The position numbers and the translations under genes were made by a program. The notes below the pieces were generated by a model. It was not told where the DNA came from and searched no databases. It worked only from the letters and a program-made list of their open reading frames with translations. Positions 1 to 13,524 of a stretch of 64,000 nt of DNA are shown here, in pieces. The first letter of the stretch is position 1, and the number at the start of each line of letters is the position of its first letter. Source of the stretch: Octopus vulgaris (lineage: Eukaryota); assembly GCA_951406725.2 (NCBI GenBank), contig OX597814.1:47616001-47680000 (forward strand), read 5' to 3'.

Positions 1-775
1 AAGTGCCAGAACTTTAGAAAAGGGAGGTATAACTATTTGAGTTAGTTCTAAGATGCCACAGGCAAAGTAGGCCCAAACAGGTCCGGAACTGACAAGGTAA
101 AGAGACAGAACTAAATATGACACAACTTGGTTCCAATTTAAATTCAAATTATCTATAAAAATGTATAAATCGACGTGACTGAAATTATGAGCTCCCGATT
201 CCAGAGCAAACTGAAAACTACCCTGCAAGAAGTGTAACCTGCAATAGAACATATTCAGACGGAAACAACATGGGTCAGTAGTAGCCATCTGCTGCAGAGA
301 GAACAGGAAACCTGAAGAATGACCACAACAACACATACGTCTTAGGATTTCGTTTTAATCTCACTGTATATTGGATGTCAGATGACTCAATTCAGGGTCA
401 CCAACTTCCGGTCTCACAGGAACCAGGCTAAAGTAATAGCAGTGGTAGGAGCCAAGTCCACTACCATCCACGCACGAAAACTTTATCGGAGATCTAGATG
501 TTGGTTGCTCGGGAGGACCTTTCTGGGATTTCCGATTAATTTTATTTCGAAGAGAGTGAGAAGAATAGAAAATCGGATGTTACATTATTTTCCATCTCTT
601 TGAAGTAACCTTGGAGCATTTTTCAAACCGAATTCAGGTCAATATTTCTTAACTGAAACTTTAGCCTTTTGTCTGTTGTTTAAAACATATATTTATAACT
701 AAATCCGGGATTAACTGTAAAACGCGTTTATATTTGAAGCGGAAATGATTCATACTATACATAATCAAAATTCAG

Positions 776-776
776 C

Positions 777-830
<54 letters not shown>

Positions 831-835
831 GTATG

Positions 836-892
<57 letters not shown>

Positions 893-935
893 GTGTGTGA
901 TTGTGTGCGTGCACGAGGATATGTGTGTGTATGTG
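776..935. repeat. Compound (TA)n/(TATG)n/(TG)n microsatellite, representative of dozens in the window
   Basis: Directly visible. Similar tracts occur at about 1180-1320, 10585-10700, 11635-11710, 12550-12880, 17340-17445, 22590-22700, 23580-23710, 34520-34790, 36720-36850, 37300-37410, 43070-43450, 51475-52400 and 58715-58930, among others. Confidence 0.98.
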
Positions 936-939
936 AGTA

Positions 940-1062
940 AATTTTTACCAGTGAAAGGTTGACTGTGACATCGAAGTTTCAGCTTGCTTACCGTCATCAG
1001 ACTGATGACGGCGAGCAAGTCGAAACTCCAAAGTCACTATCGACCATTTTCTTGTAAAAATT
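940..1062. ncRNA. Fold-back palindrome carrying two divergent hammerhead-like cores
   Basis: Arms 940-1000 and 1002-1062 are imperfect reverse complements about A1001. The + arm reads CTGATGA-c-GGC..GTC-GAAAC-tccaaa-GTC; the - arm reads CTGATGA-cggtaagcaagct-GAAAC-ttcgat-GTC. The stem I 5' strand is missing at the junction. Confidence 0.65.
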
Positions 1063-1177
1063 AACATGTATATACTCTACTAAAAAGTATAGAGTAATCC
1101 TTCAGTTTACTGTTAAATTGTTTTTATTTATAACTTCACGCCAGAAACACATTATCTGTCTCCCACCACATATATAT

Positions 1178-1315
<138 letters not shown>

Positions 1316-2780
1316 TCTCTCACACGAGACAACTTGTTTTTATGTTTGCTTTTTCAAATAAAAATAATTTTAACAAGAGCTCACAGCTACCATGAGGGAC
1401 ATTATCACAACATTGGCTCTTATTAGAATATAAAAAGTACATTTATATGAAATCAATCAATCGAAAGAGGTGAAAAGTCATGAAATTCATAAATAACATC
1501 TGAGTTGGACAGGACTTACACATGATATGTTTCTAAATGAAAGAGGAAATGGTACACTTATTTGAAGAATAATCTACGAAAACATTCTTTATTGCAATAT
1601 GATAATTATGTAGCTTTTAGCAATTCTAGTTGCTGGGACTACTGAATAGCAAAATGTTATCCGCTGATGAAAAATTTTTTTAGACTCCCATCTCGACATC
1701 TTACTGTTAAACCACTTCGTTGCAGGCGATTAATTTCACCACATTCTTTCTGAATCACTGTACCGAAGCAATCTAAACATTTCTAGTCTTCATTAAGATT
1801 TCGTTTCCTTTTCTTTGGGTCAAATTCATTCACTAACGACCGTAAATAATATATGATGTATATAACACAATTCTTGAAAACGGAAATTCAGCTTTTTGTT
1901 TTTGCTTTTTTTTGTGAGAATGTTTTCTAACTTGTGAAAATCTAATAACAAAGGTGTCGGGCCCTTGTATGGAAATACACAAGTGAAACTATTGTTATTT
2001 ATAATTTCCATTCCGTTTCTGATTGCCACAAACGAAAGATGCAATAAATATCCATATGCATTAATGAATTATGACTGCGGATCATAGTAAGGCCTTAAAT
2101 TAGGATTTAAGTCAACGTAGGATAATCAAAATTATAAACCAAATGCATTATACAGCAAATAAATTAACAATGAATGTGAAAACTTTCAGTGTTACTGTCA
2201 TGTTAGAAAAAAATTTCGAGAGAGAGAGAGAAAAGAAAGAGATAGATACATTGATAGATAGATAGACAGATAGATAGATGGAGAGAGAGAGAGGGGAGAG
2301 AGGAAGATAAAAAGAGAGAGAGAGGGAGAGAGGAAAAGAAAAAGAGAGAGAGGACATGTTTGGCAAACAGAGGATAATGTTTTTGTAATTGTGGTTAAAG
2401 TCTCATGTTCTCTTGTCAAGTGTTCTCACAATTTGTTTTCTAATCAGCTGTAGTAAAAGCTCAGATTTTAACTCCAGAGCCGAACATAGTAATCTCTCTT
2501 TTCATGTCGGTACGCTCATTAAGTTTTGGACGTTGCTCTCCGCCGAATTCGAACTATTTCTGCACTCATGTCTTATTCTCGAACATCTATATCCCCAATT
2601 CCCGTCTCTAACACCTTTTCTCCTGTAAGTGCTTTTATTCTGTTTGAACCGATTTTGAGCTTACCTGAACTCCAACTTTCCTTCAACTAGTGAAACATCT
2701 ACAGTGATGTCGCTTTCAACTACATCTCCCCGGAACCTTGATATGCTATTGCCCCAGATCCCATAGCTGTCTCATTATCT

Positions 2781-3012
2781 ATTTCTTTACTACCCACAAG
2801 GGGCTAAACACAGAAGGGACAAACAAGGACAGACAGACGGATTAAGTCGATTATATCGACCCCAGTGCGTAACTGGTACTTATTTAATCGACCCCGAAAG
2901 GATGAAAGGCAAAGTGGACCTCGGCGGAATTTGAACTCAGAACGTAACGGCAGACGAAACACCGTTCAGCATTTCGCCCGGTGTGCTAACATTTCTGCCA
3001 GCTCGCCGCCTT
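2781..3012 (-). mobile_element. tRNA-derived SINE, family A (Nin/Deu-like central domain), with 16-bp TSD
   Basis: The - strand reads ggcggcgagctggcagaa...gagttcaaattccgcc (box A/B-like), then tttcatcctttcggggtcgat..aagtaccag. TSD agct(g/a)tctcattatct at 2765-2780 and 3015-3030. There are many copies in the window. Confidence 0.9.
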
Positions 3013-3088
3013 GAAGCTATCTCATTATCTCCAAATCTACACTCATAATCGACGAAAAATCCCAGTTCCATATCACCGATAATTTCAA

Positions 3089-3385
3089 TTGCATTTCTAT
3101 CATTTTCATGTACAGCAAGTCAATGAAGAAGCTTCATTACGATCTCTCGATCTGACAACGGCAGAAAAAAAATCATATTCTAACATGTTCAAAAGCAGGA
3201 CACATAATGCAATCCCAAATATACTATATCGAACAGCTTTGGAAAAGCCTTGTACGTTGATACAATCATTAAAAACTGTTGCTTTGAGCAGCGACTCGAA
3301 AGATGTTCGACTTCGCCTAGATACAACAGATACTAGAATCGAAGTAATTAATGTGTTTGTTGTTCACTTTAAAGACGTAGTTTAA
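3089..3385 (+). pseudogene. Degenerate Penelope-like reverse transcriptase C-terminal fragment
   Basis: FHVQQVNEEASLRSLDLTT resembles the PLE 'FTxExExxxxLPFLDxxI' motif; SNMFKSRTHNAIPNILYR resembles the following thumb segment. Heavily decayed. Confidence 0.4.
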
Positions 3386-3482
3386 CTAGGAATACATAAT
3401 ACAATTTTTGTTCCCTTTTTGAGAGATTTCAGTTTATTTTACTCAGATCGAGCGACCATGCAAAAGGTTCCTCACAAACTCA

Positions 3483-3521
<39 letters not shown>

Positions 3522-4559
3522 GGAGTAGTAGCTTGGTGGAAACAAAAGTTACGTTTTTCAGTCATCCGCTTCACTCTTCTACGTTCTCAGTTCAAATTCC
3601 ACTGCAATTGACATTGTCTTTACTAAGAACATTTATGATCAGTATATCCATCCAACCGTATCGGCCCGGAACTGATCCGCGAAATTATTAATATTTATTT
3701 AGCAACATATTCTATGATCCACAAAAGTGTTGTAATAACAGCTATAATAACATAGGCACATTAAAGAATATACGAGTTACTGAAGTATTTTGTGAAAAAA
3801 GTCTGAGTAAGTTTGTGCAGCTAATATCCTTTTCTACTCTAGGCACACGATAAAGGTTCAACATGCGATGTAACGTTCATGAAACACACACGGAAATATA
3901 ATAGTGTGGGCAATTCCGTAAACAAGAGCTAACAATTTCTTTTACAGCATTTTGTATTTAGCTTAAGTTGGCTTCATTTCAATTCCTAATGGTGGCCATC
4001 TCACATCTCTTAATCGCTAATACTCTAGGTACGAATCTAGGACGTCACATAATCTCATTATCCCGTTCTCCATATAAATTTATTTATGTGAGAAATCAAT
4101 AATAGAAATTATTCTACTCGTGTGAAGTATTTGAATAGTTTACACGCGATCTCATAATTATTCATTTTGATAATATTATGTTTCTTTGAGATCTTTATTC
4201 TCAAACATTTTGAAGTTTGTTGTTGACATCATTAATGCATCACCCGACTGAACAATTTATTTTATGATATCTCCTATCCACATGATAAATATATTGCAAA
4301 AGCATTTAGTCTTTACAACGAAAATGATCTAAGACACGTCTGCATTACGAACCAATAGAAAATTTACATATGTAAATGGTTACTATGGTGTAACATCTGC
4401 AGAAAAAGAAATGTTTAAAGAAACTGAAGAAATGTGCAGATAGAACTTCCAAACTATTGAATTGTTTTTGGTATTTAAACTTAAGTCAGCCCTTTAAAAA
4501 CAGGCCTTCAAGCCTATACTCATCCAGTCCCTTTGGGCAATGGGAAATATTTATTGTCC

Positions 4560-6634
4560 AATATACTTTGTTTTTTTTTTCTGTACAGTAGTGTGTGATT
4601 TGAGTGAGGTTTGGTTGTAATTTTTAGCTGGCTGTGCGATCCCAAGAAGGTTAGAGTAAAGGACAGAGCTGAGAAGAAGAAAAAGCTGATTGCGACAGAA
4701 TTGAAAAAGTAAATAATTGATAGACATGGGAGAGGAGTGCGACCGAAGCACGTCGACAATTTGTACCATCCTGAAGAAAAAGGACGTGATCAAGTCCATT
4801 ACAACAGCAAATGCGTCTCCAGGTTCTCTAAGCAACGTACATCTGTCCACGAAAGTATAGAAAAATTGCTTCTCCTGTGGATCAACGAGAAGCAACTAGC
4901 AGGGGATACGGTTACGGAGACCATCATCTACGAGAAAGTACAGGCGCTGTATGGGGATCTCCTGAAGCAGAACCCTGGAACATCGATGGAGGAGACATCA
5001 GCAGACGCATTTAAGGCCAGTCACGACTGGTTTGATAATTTCAAGAAGAGGACTGGTGTTCATAGCATTGGAGAAACAGCTAGTTCTGATGCGAAGGCAG
5101 CTAAAGATTTCGTGCGTGAATTCTGTCAGCTCGCCGCAGCCGAAGGGTACATCGCACAACAGGTATTCAACTGTAATGAAGCTGGCCTTGTTTTGGAAAA
5201 AAAATGCCCGGAAGAACTTTCATAAGTACAAAGGAGAAGAAAATGCCAGGCCAGAAGCCTATGAAAGATAGGTTAACTCTTGCCCTTTCTGCCAATGTGA
5301 GTGGAGACTTGAAGATTAAGCCGCTCTTTGCCTACCATTCCGAAAACTCACTAGCGTTCAAGCGGCATAAAATTCTGAAGGAGAAACTGTAGGTCATGTT
5401 GAGGGCAAACGTTAAAAGCTGAGTCACCAGGCAATTCATCTCCGAGTGGGTCAGCCTTATCATCGGACCAGCAGTGAAAAAGTACTTTTCTCCTCTCCTT
5501 GACAATGTTCCTGCTCACTCCTGATATCCTGGATGCATTTAAATTTATAAAAATTCTGTACCTTTCATGCAACATCACCCCTCCCTATCTTGCTGCCCAT
5601 AAACAACAGGTGATTTTTAATTTTAAGAAATTGTACATCAAATGCCTGTTTCGTCGGTGCCTTGAAATTACCGAAAAAACAAATCCAACCCTTCGTGAGT
5701 TTTGGGAGGAGCACTACAACATTGTAAACTACCTGAAAAATCATTGATATGGCCTGGCAGGGTTTAACGAGGAGAACGCTGAATTCTGCATGGGGGAAAC
5801 CGTGGCCTCGAGGGATTTGAGTCTGAGATACCTGTAGTCGAAGAAATAGTGTCTTGGCAAGACCATGGACCTCGAGGTTGATGATGGGGACATTAACGAT
5901 CTCGTCGAGAAACATTCAGAGGAGCTGACGACAGATGAACTCCTGCAGCTTTAGGAGCATTTGGATGCGGTGGAAGAGATTGGTTTCCCGGAGGCGGACA
6001 GTGTAGCGGAGAATGCTATCTCAACGAATGACATAAAGGCAGTGTTGGCGAAGTGGCAGTATGTTTCTGAATTTGTAGAAAAATATCCTGAAAAAGTATC
6101 TACAGGCCGTGCTGCTGCTTTATTTAATGACACTGCTTTGGTGTATTTTCGTAACTTTTTGAAAGGCTGGAAAAAACAGTCTTCTCTTGATATTTTTCTA
6201 ATGAAACGACCTGAAAAGTCAAGAAAGTGTGCCCAAAAAGCCTAAATTAAGCGGAGAGAGCAAATGTCAGAAATTGTTCTTCCTGAAGTCTTAATGGAAG
6301 GAGAATCTTCTTCCAAACAATAATCCTCTTCTTCCTCCCCGCCATATCATCTTCCTCGTGCACAAATCGTCCCATCTTTGAGGTAATTCAGTTAATAAAA
6401 CCAGTTTACATACTTCTTTTGCATTCTCTTCTTTATAATTGTCATTTTACTTGTAACTACACCTTTTCTGTTCTAAAACACATAAAAAATTATTTTTGGG
6501 TGGTTTTGTGGTACTGGAACGGATTAATTACATTTTAGTTAATTTCAATGGGGAAAATTGATTTGTAAAACGAGCAAATCGTAAAACGAACTCGGTCATG
6601 GAACGAATTAAACTCGTACTGCGAGGTATCACTG
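4560..6634 (+). mobile_element. pogo/Tigger DNA transposon with frameshifted TIGD1-like transposase (about 4638-6320)
   Basis: CENP-B-type HTH (IEKLLLLWINEKQLAGDTV, FKASHDWFDNFKKR); decayed DDE region (QVFNCNEAGL, KDRLTLALSANVSGDLKIKP, LLLDNVP). Right TIR ...GAGGTATCACTG|TA ends at 6634. Left TIR not found. Confidence 0.9.
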
Positions 6635-7310
6635 TACTTCTGTAACCTACATAAAACCTCCACTCATCCTCATAAGCAAACATATATTAACGCTCACTAT
6701 GTATAAACGTAAAGAATATCAAATGTAAAATTCCAAGGTATAAACAATATTTTAACATCTTTCTGAAATGTAAACAATTTTTTTCAAATCGATAGTTTTC
6801 CCGCTTAAAACATCAAGGACATTTTTAGAAGGTTATAAATTTATTCTTAATATTTTAAATATTTTTAAAAGAAAATTTGTAAACGAAATGGAAAGTGTCT
6901 GTGTTTACATTTATGCATATTTCATTAGCAAAATATGCTAAGAGATATAGGAAATATATTTCAGAGCAAACTGGCTCATAATTAATGCATTTAAAATATT
7001 TTCTGTATGGAAAAGTTTGACTTAAAACAAACTCATATTAGGAAGACTAGTTCGTAATTATCAAAGCTAAATTATTTTTTATATTATATCTGGATAGGAT
7101 TAAAGTATCCCAGTATTTCAGTTTGTAATGGTAATATCTATAAAAAAACTAATTCCAACATATCTCTTTCTATAGTGAAACTTAAAGTTATGTTGACTGC
7201 AACAAATATATGTATAAATAAATACATATATACATATATATGCTGTTGGCTCGTCCCTCGAATCCGATGATTGATTTCTCCTAGACGAATATTTGAACCA
7301 TTAGTGCCGG

Positions 7311-9580
7311 TATACCGATTTCAGATTACCTCCCATTCAGATTATCCCCCACCCCATCCCCAGTAACTTGCAATTTCAGATTACCCCTAGGGATAATTTG
7401 AAATCGATTTCAAGTTACCCCCTATGGTTTCAGATTACTCCCACCTAAAATCATTCCGCAAATGTCCATTGCTGTGATAGCAAAGAGGGAGATAAAGGGG
7501 GGACCCATTAAATGCGCGCGTTGATGTTTATTATGTGTGTGTACGCGTAATGTACATTTGCAAATGAAAGAGAAAGTAATGTAAATCAAAGAGAATGTCA
7601 GAGCTTTCATTTAGTTGACGTTTTCACTTAGTTACTTAAAACCGAAAAAATTTGAAAGCAGCTTATCCAGAATGGCTACTTAATAGTACACAAGATAAAG
7701 CCGACAACATCGATTTGATATTTGATTATGTTGTTAACAACAAATATGGACCTCATATGTCCCAAAACGATAAGGCAAACCTACGTAGGCTCTCTAAGCA
7801 TTATGTTGCACGGAGTGATCAACTCTACTATTGTTACAGAACAGAAAAAGTAAGAAATTCTGAAAGTGAATACCGAAAAGTCTTGATCATTCGAAATCAG
7901 GATGAACAAAAGAGTATTATTTCAAATATTCATATAAGCTGTGGAGATAGTGACTAGTGCCCCCTGCTTAGGAAGTCATCTTAGTGTCGACAGAACAAGG
8001 GCTAAAATTTTAGAGAGGTTTTAATGGGAAAATGTAGGCAAAGACACGAGAGAGTTCGTTTTGTCGTGTGATCGGTGTCAAAAAGTGAACCCTGTTCACA
8101 AAATTAATATTGCAGAGCTTCATCCTGTTCCTGTGCCAAAGGTAGTGATGACCCAAATTGGTGTCGATATCACCAATTTGCCGAAAACAGATGATGGTTA
8201 TTGTTGCATTGTTGTTGCAATGGATTACTTTTCCAAAATGGCCCGAGGCTCGACCTTTGAAAGATCACACGGTGGAAAGTGTGGGAAAGTTTCTCTTTGA
8301 GGATGTCATTTGTCGGCATGGCTGTATAAAAATTCAGATAAATGATCAAGAAGGAGAATTTGTAAACAGAGTGTCTGCAGAACTACATAAACTGTCAGGA
8401 ACACAGCAGCTTATCACCCTCAAGCAAATGGCCTCGTAGAACGACAGAATCACATTATAAAATATGCCTTTATTAAGTCCCTTGAGGACCGTGGCAACTG
8501 GGTTGAATGATTACCAGCAGTTCTGGTTGCCTATCGAACAGCCAAACATTTTCCAACGCATTTTATTCCGTTTCAAATTTTATTCAACAGGCAACCTACA
8601 CTTCCAGTTAAACTACTGCACAACCCAATTGTCAAAGATCGGGTCAGTTTTGGAAATGATCAATCTATGTGCAGAAAAATTGATGTTATGACAGCTATTC
8701 GGGACGGTACGATTTCTCGAGTTGCCTCCAGTATTAGAATAGCTCAGCCCGTTCAAAAAGAACAAAACGATAGAAAACACGAGCAACTGCAGTTCAGTGT
8801 TGGAATAGATGTTCTGCTCAAAAACTTAATTCGAGAGGACAGAAAGTGGGGACATTTTACGGAACACCACACAGGTCCTTATACAGTTGCAGAACTTTGT
8901 GAAAAAAATACCTATCGACTTTCACGTAACAATAAAGTACTAGAAAAGAAAATGCTACCAACCTCACTCGATATATTGAGCAACTACCAGCAAGTAAATA
9001 ACGAAAGAAACAAAAAACGAAAATCAAGATACCCAAGCTCCAAACTATATAAAAAAAAAAGCTGCAGTGATGTTTTAATGTATATAATAAACACATTTCC
9101 TTACCAATTTAAAGTGTATAAATAAATTTCAGTTTGTATATAAAACACATCGTTCTTCAAATCAATCTCTTGTCGTCACATTCTGTCGACTCAACTCAGT
9201 CTACTATAAACAACATCCATCTGCTACATATCTATAGAAAAAGGTATTCTAATCCAAATCACTTTCTTATTAACAAAAAAAAAAAAAAAGTCTTTATTTT
9301 TAGAAAATTGCAAACACAGAATCTCTAATATTCGATATGTTTTTTTCAGCGCATCATAAAAGTGTTTTAAAAAATCTAATATTTTTGTCTTATCTTCATA
9401 TTTTAAGATCAGTTTACAATCTTGAATGTAATTCGTGTTTAATGTTATGAAAACATCAGGAGTTGTAAGTCTTAGAATTTATCATTTTAGCAAAATCGTT
9501 GAGGGGGTAATGTGAACAGCGCGGGGATAATTTGGAACCGGGAAGTAGCTTGAAACGAGGGGTAACTTGAAATATTTACA
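7311..9580 (+). mobile_element. Ginger1-type DNA transposon (Gypsy-like integrase, TIRs, CCGG TSD); ORF disrupted
   Basis: Termini CCGG|TAT(TGT-derived)...ACA|CCGG. Inverted subterminal TTTCAR(A/G)TTACCCC-like repeats at both ends. Integrase motifs: HHCC (IH..SH..SCDRCQ), IGVDI, VAMDYFSKWPEA, NDQEGEFVN, YHPQANGLVERQN, GPY. No RT/RNase H or LTRs. Confidence 0.85.
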
Positions 9581-9737
9581 CCGGTGACGAATGTGGCTAA
9601 TGAGGTCAGTCCCAGGAAGAACATGCAATTTCATTGGCCACCTGTGAATGTCAGAGTCGGTCATGGTTGTGGCTGTTTGGCCTTCTGTTGCTGTTGTCAC
9701 TCCTCTTTTTTTGAAAAAAAATCTTTCTATTTCAAGC

Positions 9738-9850
9738 AATGTAATAATGAATGTAATAATGTAAGATCATAAGAAATGTAATAATGAATGTAATAATGTA
9801 AGATCATAAGAAATGTAATAATTAATGTAATAATGTAAGATCATAAGAAA
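9738..9850. repeat. Tandem repeat, about 3 copies of a ~37-bp unit
   Basis: aatgtaataatgaatgtaataatgtaagatcataaga is repeated three times. Confidence 0.9.
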
Positions 9851-9856
9851 TAACTG

Positions 9857-10296
9857 GGATCTTTTCGGTTTGAACGGCAGTTTTTAACATAATTTCTAGG
9901 TAACTAAAAAATTTTAAACTTCGTATACTGGTAGAATGTGTTTATAAAACATCTTTTTCTCTTGGCTTTATTGAGAAAATTCTATAGTTTGTAAGATATT
10001 TGTTGTTTTTTCTTCTATTTCTTCAATTTCAACCAATCACTGACGTCCATTGAAGTAAACAACATTCTGTGCCGTATGAATATGTCCCTCGTTTAAGAAA
10101 CAGATTGGGTTTATTTACATTTGTGAAGAAAAAATATACACTTCCCCCCACCCCTAACCCTAACCCTAACTAGCCCTAACTAACCCTAACCCTAAAATAG
10201 ATTGAAATGCAATAGATCGATACTAGGGTCATAATTATGGGTGACAATTTCATATGACACCGCTAGAAAAAACTGCCGTTCAAACCGAAAAGATCC
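9857..10296. mobile_element. Merlin-like MITE (GG termini, ~29-bp TIR, 8-bp TSD) containing CCCTAA repeats
   Basis: TIRs ggatcttttcggtttgaacggcagttttt / aaaaactgccgttcaaaccgaaaagatcc. TSD aataactg at 9849-9856 and 10297-10304. The superfamily call rests on termini and TSD length only. Confidence 0.75.
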
Positions 10297-10580
10297 AATA
10301 ACTGTTAGCCCAATTAACAGTCTTCTAAACAACAATACCTCGGTTAGTAGTTCATTCTTTCTAAGTCACCCTTAACTTTTGGTTGCTACAATTTAGAAGA
10401 TTGTTTATTTCCTCTTAACTTACGAAATATTTATTCCACTCACTTGGAATTTTAACGAAAGATAGATATTAGATATATCTAAATATGTGCAAAAATATCT
10501 AGTCTCAGCGTGTTTGTTAATCTTCTATAATAACTAGTTCAAAACACTTGTTCTTACTTACCCTTATATTATGGCCGCTA

Positions 10581-10634
<54 letters not shown>

Positions 10635-11631
10635 GCCTGCCTGTCTATCTATCTACTCACACACACATATATGTATGTATACACACACACGCACACATAT
10701 ATGTCTGTGTGTATACCTACACGAACGCCTGTGCACTCATACATACACACGCAAATAAACATTTATTTACATGCACGTGTATATCCCAATACACGCACAC
10801 AGTTACGCATAAATACTAACACATTCAAGCAATCTCTTCAATCATCATAAAAGTCACAGATGACCAGCCGGTATCTGAGTCAAAGGATCTTCTGAAGTAC
10901 ATTTGTATCAAGATTTGACGTAACTGTCGGCCAGAGACTTTGATGTAGGCATCTTGCTACTTAAAAAATTAATCAGGTGTCGATAAGAACATTCCAAGTA
11001 AACAGTTTACAGGGGAATGTTGGTGGTTTTCGGAGTGAACTGTGGCTAATATTCGTCGTACTTTGATGCCACTGAGGTCGTTTGATTGCCTTTCATAAAA
11101 GAAACAGAAATTTAGTTTAATCTCTTTATGTCGATTTGTTACTATGACAACGTTCAAACATCTGTTTCAACGCCATGTAACAGCCTCGATTTTCCAGTTG
11201 TACAATTTCAATGAGGGATAATTGAAAATAAAGCTTTCACGTCTTTGTTCATGCTGAATGGTAATGCAAGAACGAAATCAATACCTTTGAAGTCTTATTT
11301 TATTTAGTCTAGTAATTAATCCCACGATCCTAAGATCCTGTCATAAAAGTCTGTTAGTATGTTGATTAAGCTCATTTAAAGAGCCGTCAATTAACCGTGT
11401 TCGGGTTACGCTCTGTAGATATTAGAAATATATTAATATTTGCTACTGTTGTTCAAGCAGATCTATGATCAAAAAGCAATCCAGTCATGACCATCCCATC
11501 TATATTTTTTTCGAATACAGTCTAGTGTATCCAACTTTAAAAAAAAAGACAATTGGGTATAACCTAAAGGAAGTTTGGGTCATTTTAGTAGGCCGATCGA
11601 GTTCCCCCACTTCGTTGTTTTGTCTCAGTGT

Positions 11632-11702
<71 letters not shown>

Positions 11703-11711
11703 CATACATAT

Positions 11712-12047
11712 ATTCTTTTATTCTTTTATTTGCTTCAGTCATTTGACTGCGGCCATACTAGAGCACCGCCTTTAGTCGAGCAAATCGACCCCAGGACTTA
11801 TTATTTGTAAAACTAGTACTTATTCTATCGGTGTCTTTTGCCGAACAGCTAAGTTACGGGGACGTAAACAAACCAACATATATATATACGACAGTCTTCT
11901 TTCAGTTTTCGTCAACCAAATCAACTCACAAGGATTTGGTCGGCCTGAGGCTATAGTAGAAGACACTTGCCCAAAGTGCCACGCAGTGTGGGACTGGACC
12001 CGGAACCATATGGTTGGTAAGAAGCTACTTATCGCACAGCCACTCCT

Positions 12048-12051
<4 letters not shown>
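11712..12051 (-). mobile_element. tRNA-derived SINE, family B (CORE-like domain, CR1-like 3' tail)
   Basis: Head ggagtggctgtgcgataagtagc..gggtccagtccc, cactttgggcaagtgtctt domain, and tail ggcggtgctctagtatggccgcagtcaaatgactgaag. Same family as 52906-53275. Confidence 0.9.
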
Positions 12052-12083
<32 letters not shown>

Positions 12084-12589
12084 GCGACTCCGGCACTCGA
12101 GCTGTTCGCGCTTAGTCCGAGTACAACTTTAGGAATGTGAACGTGTATTTGCAAGTTGATTAAATTTCTGCCAACACTGACTTCAAGTGTGTAATTGTAG
12201 CCAATAACTCGGGCTCCTTTTATTTATTTTTTTTTAGCCTGGTCGCAGTTCCTTTATTTTCCTTCAGCGTCTGGCGGTCGTCTTAGAGGTGCCCTGCGTC
12301 AAAAAATATCACTCATAGCAGACGTTCTCTCCACATCGTTCATACGTACCTGACTCGGGCTCAGAAGTTACAGCCCGAGTTATTATCTACAATCGTAAAA
12401 ATTAAAAGTAATTCAAATTCAATCTTTTCTTGAAACAATAAATTTCTATAGAGATTAGGATTTAAATTCCAATCTATAAAATGTTTCCGTTCTACAATAT
12501 TCTTAAAGGAACGAAAAATTATCCAGCGACTCGGGCTAATACGAACGAACACACACACACACACAGACACACAGACACACAGACACACA

Positions 12590-12674
<85 letters not shown>

Positions 12675-12700
12675 ACACACACACACACACAATCATTTTA

Positions 12701-12772
<72 letters not shown>

Positions 12773-13524
12773 GTCTATATCTGTGTGTGTGTGGTTGTAT
12801 GTATGTATGTATGTATGTATGTATGTATGTATGTATGTATGTATGTATGTATGTAGGTATATATGCATGTATGTATGTTGTTCACTGGGGTATAAAAAAT
12901 ATTTAATACCTTTGTGAGAACTGTGAAAGCTTTTATTAAGTTCATAGGTAGAAACTAATTTTGAAAACTGTGAAAGAAGAAAATCAATCGTGAAGAATAA
13001 CTTCAAAGACTAAATGTAAACGCCTCAAATTAGTTAGTGAATCATAATTATTTAGGTAGGTCGAGTAATAACCTACACTTATTTTTTCATATAGGCATTG
13101 GAAGAATTTAAGCTCATATTAATAAAATCGCAATCGATGAAAAATACACTTCATCAAAACTGATATATAATCATATAAATATCCAATTATAACTTCTCAG
13201 TCGCAAACTGTCAAAGAAATGAACATACCTTCGTTTAGTGAAAAATGTTTTCTAGTTACAGCTATACAATATAATAACTTGAAAAGAGCATATTTTACCT
13301 ACTGGACCAGGACAGACGGGTCAATAAAAAAATCCCACAGACAACAGTCCTACGCAGTAAAAAGAAAAAAAAAACTGTATTTGTTACAGTTTTCAATAAT
13401 TTTCTTACTAATTACCTTTATTAGTAAATCTATCGTTTTGTTGAAAAAATTATAGACTACTTACAAACACATGGACCCCCCCCCCAAACACACATGTATA
13501 TGTATGTATATATAAAACCCTCTC

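Noticed and set aside
2389-2628. ORF with a signal-peptide-like start
   Set aside because: Non-ATG start, no recognisable domain, and it lies next to decayed retroelement sequence.
7652-9125. Gypsy LTR retrotransposon or host GIN1 gene
   Set aside because: No RT/RNase H or LTRs; TIRs with a CCGG TSD and multiple frameshifts indicate a dead Ginger transposon.
9738-9850. 37-bp repeats resembling a CRISPR array
   Set aside because: Head-to-tail tandem copies with no unique spacers, no cas genes, and a eukaryotic context.
10150-10196. Telomere or chromosome fusion site
   Set aside because: Short, imperfect and internal to a TIR/TSD-bounded MITE.
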